NCBI RefSeq assembly: GCF_009914755.1
Contig: NC_060925.1
Reading direction: 5' to 3' (one strand)
Origin: the human T2T-CHM13v2.0 reference genome, Homo sapiens
Length of the DNA stretch: 64,000 bases
Shown here: positions 60,622-64,000 of the stretch, piece after piece
How the letters are laid out: each line of letters begins with the position of its first letter
Position numbering within the stretch: position 1 is the stretch's first letter
Program-made: the position numbers and the translations under genes
Notes under the pieces: model-generated
Seen by the model: the letters and a program-made list of their open reading frames with translations, nothing else
The model's database searches: none
Told to the model about the DNA's origin: nothing

Positions 60622-63600
60622 GTTTTTTTATTTTTTATATTTATTTATTATACTTTAAGTTCTAGGATACATGTGCAGACCATGCAAGTTTGTTACATAG
60701 GTATACATGTGCCTGGTGGTTTGCTGCACCCATCAACCCATCATCTGCATTAGGTATTTCATCTAATGCTATCCCTTTCCATGCTCCCAACCCTCCAACA
60801 GGCCCCAGTGTGTCATGTTCCCCTCCCTGTGCCCATATATTCCCATTGTTCAACTCCCATTTATGAGTGAGAACATGCAGTGTTTGTTTTTCTGTTCCTG
60901 TGTTAGTTTGGTGAGAATGATGGTTTCCAGCTTCATCCATGTCCCTGCAAAGGACATGAAATCATTCTTTCTTATGGCTGTATAGTATTCTGTGGTGTAT
61001 ATGTGTTGCATTTTCTTCATACAGTCTATTATTGATGGGCATTTGGGTTGGTTCCAAGTCTTTGCTATTGTGAGTAGTGCCACAACAAACATATGTGTGC
61101 ATGTGTCTTTATAATAGAATGATTTATAATCCTTAGGGAATATACCCAGTAATGGGATTGCAAGGTCAAATGGTGTTTCTAGTTCTAGATCCTTGAGGAA
61201 TTGCCACACTGTCTTCCACCGTGGTTGAACTAATTTACACTCCCACCAACAGTGTAAAAGTGTTCCTATTTCTCCACATCCTCTCCAGCATCTGTTGTCT
61301 CCTGACTTTTTAACGATCGCCATTCTAACTGGCATGAGATGGTATCTCATTGTGGTTTTGATTTGGATTTCTCTAATGACCAGAGATGATGAGCTTTTTT
61401 TTCATATTGGTTGGCCACATAAATGTCTTCTTTTGAAAAGTGTCTGTTCATATCATTTGCCCACTATTTGATGGGGTTGTTGTTTTTTTTCTTGTAAATT
61501 TGTTTAAGTTCCTTGTAGATTCTGGATGTTAGTCCTTTGTCATATGGAGAGATTGCAAAAATTTTCTCCCATTCTGTAGGTTGCCTGTTCACTCTGATGA
61601 TAGTTTCTTTTGCTTTGCAGAAGCTCTTTAGTTTAATTACATCCCGTTTGTCAATTTTGGCTTTTGTAACAATTGCTTTTGGTGTTTTAGTCATGAAGTC
61701 TTTGCCCATGCCTATATCCTGAATAGTATTGCCTAGATTTTCTTCTAGGGTTTTTATGGTTTTAAGTCTTATGTTTAAATCTTTAATCCATCTTGAGTTG
61801 ATTTTTGTATAAGTTATAAGGAAGGGGTCTAGTTTCAGTTTTTTGCATAAGGCTATCCAGTTTTCCCAATACCATTTATTAAATAGGGAATGCTTTCCCA
61901 ATTGCTTGTTTTTGTCAGGTTTGTCAGAAATCAGATGGTTGTAGATGTGTGGTGTTATTTCTGAGGCTTCTGTTCTGTTCCATTGGTCTATATATCTGTT
62001 TTGGAACCAGTACCATGATGTTTTGGTTACTGTAGACTTGTAGTATAGTTTGAAGTCAGGTAGTGTGATGCCTGCAGCTTTGTTCTTTTTGCTTAGGATT
62101 GTCTTGGCTATATGAGTTCTTTTATGGTTCCATATGAAATTTAAAGTAGTTTTTTCTAGTTCTGTGAAGAAAATCAATGGTAGCTTGAAGGGAATAGCAT
62201 TGAATCTATAAATTACTTTGGGCAGTATGGCCATTTTCACGATATTGATTCTTCCTATCCAGGAGCATGGAATGTTTTTTGATTTGTTTGTGTCCTCTCT
62301 TATTTCTTTGAGCAGTGGTTTGTAGTTCTTCTTGAAGAGGTCCTTGACATCCCTTGTAAGTTGTTTTCCTAGGTATTTTATTCTCTTTGTAGCAATTGTG
62401 AATGGCAGTTCACTCATGATTTGATTCTCTGTTTATCTATTATTGGTGTATAGAAATACTTGTGATTTTTGCACATTTTTTGATTTTGTATCCTGAGACT
62501 TTGCTGAAGTTGCTTATCAGCTTAAGGAGTTTTGGGGCTGAGATGATGGAGTTTTCTAAATATACAATCATGTCATCTGCAAACAGAGATAATTTGACTT
62601 CCCCTCTTCCTATTTGAATACCCTTTATTTCTTTCCCTTGCCTGATTGCCCTGGCCAGAACTTCCAATACTATTTTGAATAAGAGTGGTGAGAGAGGGCA
62701 TCCTTGTCTTGTGCTGGTTCTCAAAGGGAATACTTCCAACTTTTGCCAATTTAGTATGATATTGACTGTGGGTTTGTCATAAATTGCTCTTATTATTTGG
62801 AGATATGGTTCATCAATACCTAGTTAATTTAGTGTTTTTAATATGAAGCGGTGTTAAATTTTATCAAAGGCTTCTTTCTGTATCTACTGAGATAATCAAG
62901 TTGTTTTTGTCATTGGTTCTGTTTATGTGACGGATTACATTTATTGATTTGCATATGTTGAAGCAGCCTTGCATCCCAGGGATGAAGCCAACTTGATTGT
63001 GGTGGATAAGCTTTTTAATGTGCTGCTGGATTCAGTTTGCCAGTATTTTATTTAGGATTTTCACATCAATATTCATCAGGGATATTGGCCTGAAATTTTC
63101 TTTTTTTGTTTTGTCTCTGCCAGGTTTTGGTATTAGGATGATGCTGGCCTCATAAAATGAGTTAGGGAAGAGTCCTTTTGCTATTGCTTGGAATAGTTTC
63201 AGAAGGAATGGTACAAGCTCCTGTTTGTACCTCTGGTAGAATTCAGCTGTGAATCTTTCTGGTCCTGGGCTTTTTTTTTTTTTTTTTGGTTGGTAGAATT
63301 TTAATTACTGCTTCAATTTCAGAACTTGTTATTGGTCTATTCAGGGATTTGATTTCTCCCTGGTTTAGTGTTGGGATGGCGTATGTGTCCAGGAATTTAT
63401 CCATTTCTTCTGTGTTTTCTAGTTTATTTGCATAGAGGTGTTTATAGTATTCTCTGATGGTAGTTTGTATTTCTGTGGGATCAGTGGTAATATCCCCTTT
63501 ATCATTTTTTATCGTGTCTATTTGATTCTTCCCTCTTTTTCTTTGTTAGTCTGGCTAGTGGTCTATTTTGTTAATCTTTTCAAAAAAACAGCTCCTGGGT

Positions 63601-64000
63601 TCATTGATTTTTTTAAGGGTTTTTCGTGTCTCTATCTCCTCCAGTTCTGCTCTGATCTTAGTTATTTCTTGTCTTCTGCTAGCTTTTAAATTTGTCTGCT
63701 CTTGCTTCTCTAGTTCTTTTAATTGTGATGTTAGGGTTTCAATTTTAGATCTTTTCCTGCTTTCTCATGTGGGCATTCAGTGCTATAAATTTCCCTCTAA
63801 ACACTGTTTTAGCTGTGTCCCAGAGATCCTGGTACATTGTGTCTTTGTTCTCATTGGTTTCAAAGAACTTATTTATTTCTGCCTTAATTTCCCCAGAGGG
63901 GCACCCGTCAGATGCCAGCTGGAGCTCTCCTGTAAAAGGGGTCTATCAACCCCTGCTGAGATGTGTCTCCCAGTCAGAAGGCACGGGAGGAGGCAGTCTG
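60622..64000 (-). mobile_element. L1PA7/8-like LINE (3' UTR, ORF2 remnants, then a jump to 5' UTR at about 63891)
   Basis: ORFs 60850-61350, 61464-62417 and 62440-62739 are ORF2p. T-rich tail at 60622. The element runs off the window. Confidence 0.95.

Noticed and set aside
61464-62417. Longest ORF (317 aa) as a functional gene
   Set aside because: It is a fragment of L1 ORF2p, bounded by frameshifts and lacking the EN and RT core.

Overview
AT-rich primate (human or great ape) genomic DNA, judged from AluY/AluS/AluJ, L1PA2-L1PA8-type LINEs and a THE1 LTR. About two thirds is nested transposon debris: old L1M/L1PB bodies, younger L1PA copies, about 12 Alus, MaLR LTRs, and MER20/Charlie1/Tigger DNA transposons. 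All long ORFs in the ORF track are L1 ORF2 remnants or Alu/low-complexity artefacts. I find no intact, recognisable protein-coding or RNA gene. The most interesting signal lies in the non-repetitive islands: a chain of at least 12 minus-strand AG...GT-bounded segments (about 51.3 kb down to 20.3 kb). Several join in phase into a protein-like frame with scattered stops, and three carry a recurring [RK]W[RK]I motif. This suggests a decayed multi-exon gene (possible unitary pseudogene) that I cannot name. The window also shows clear rearrangement scars: two templated insertions copied from 4.5 kb and 1.2 kb away, three 5'-inverted (twin-primed) L1s, two internally deleted L1PA elements, a probable L1 insertion-mediated deletion and a scrambled Alu junction. 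Repeat subfamily calls are by eye from remembered consensus features, and boundaries of old repeats are approximate.
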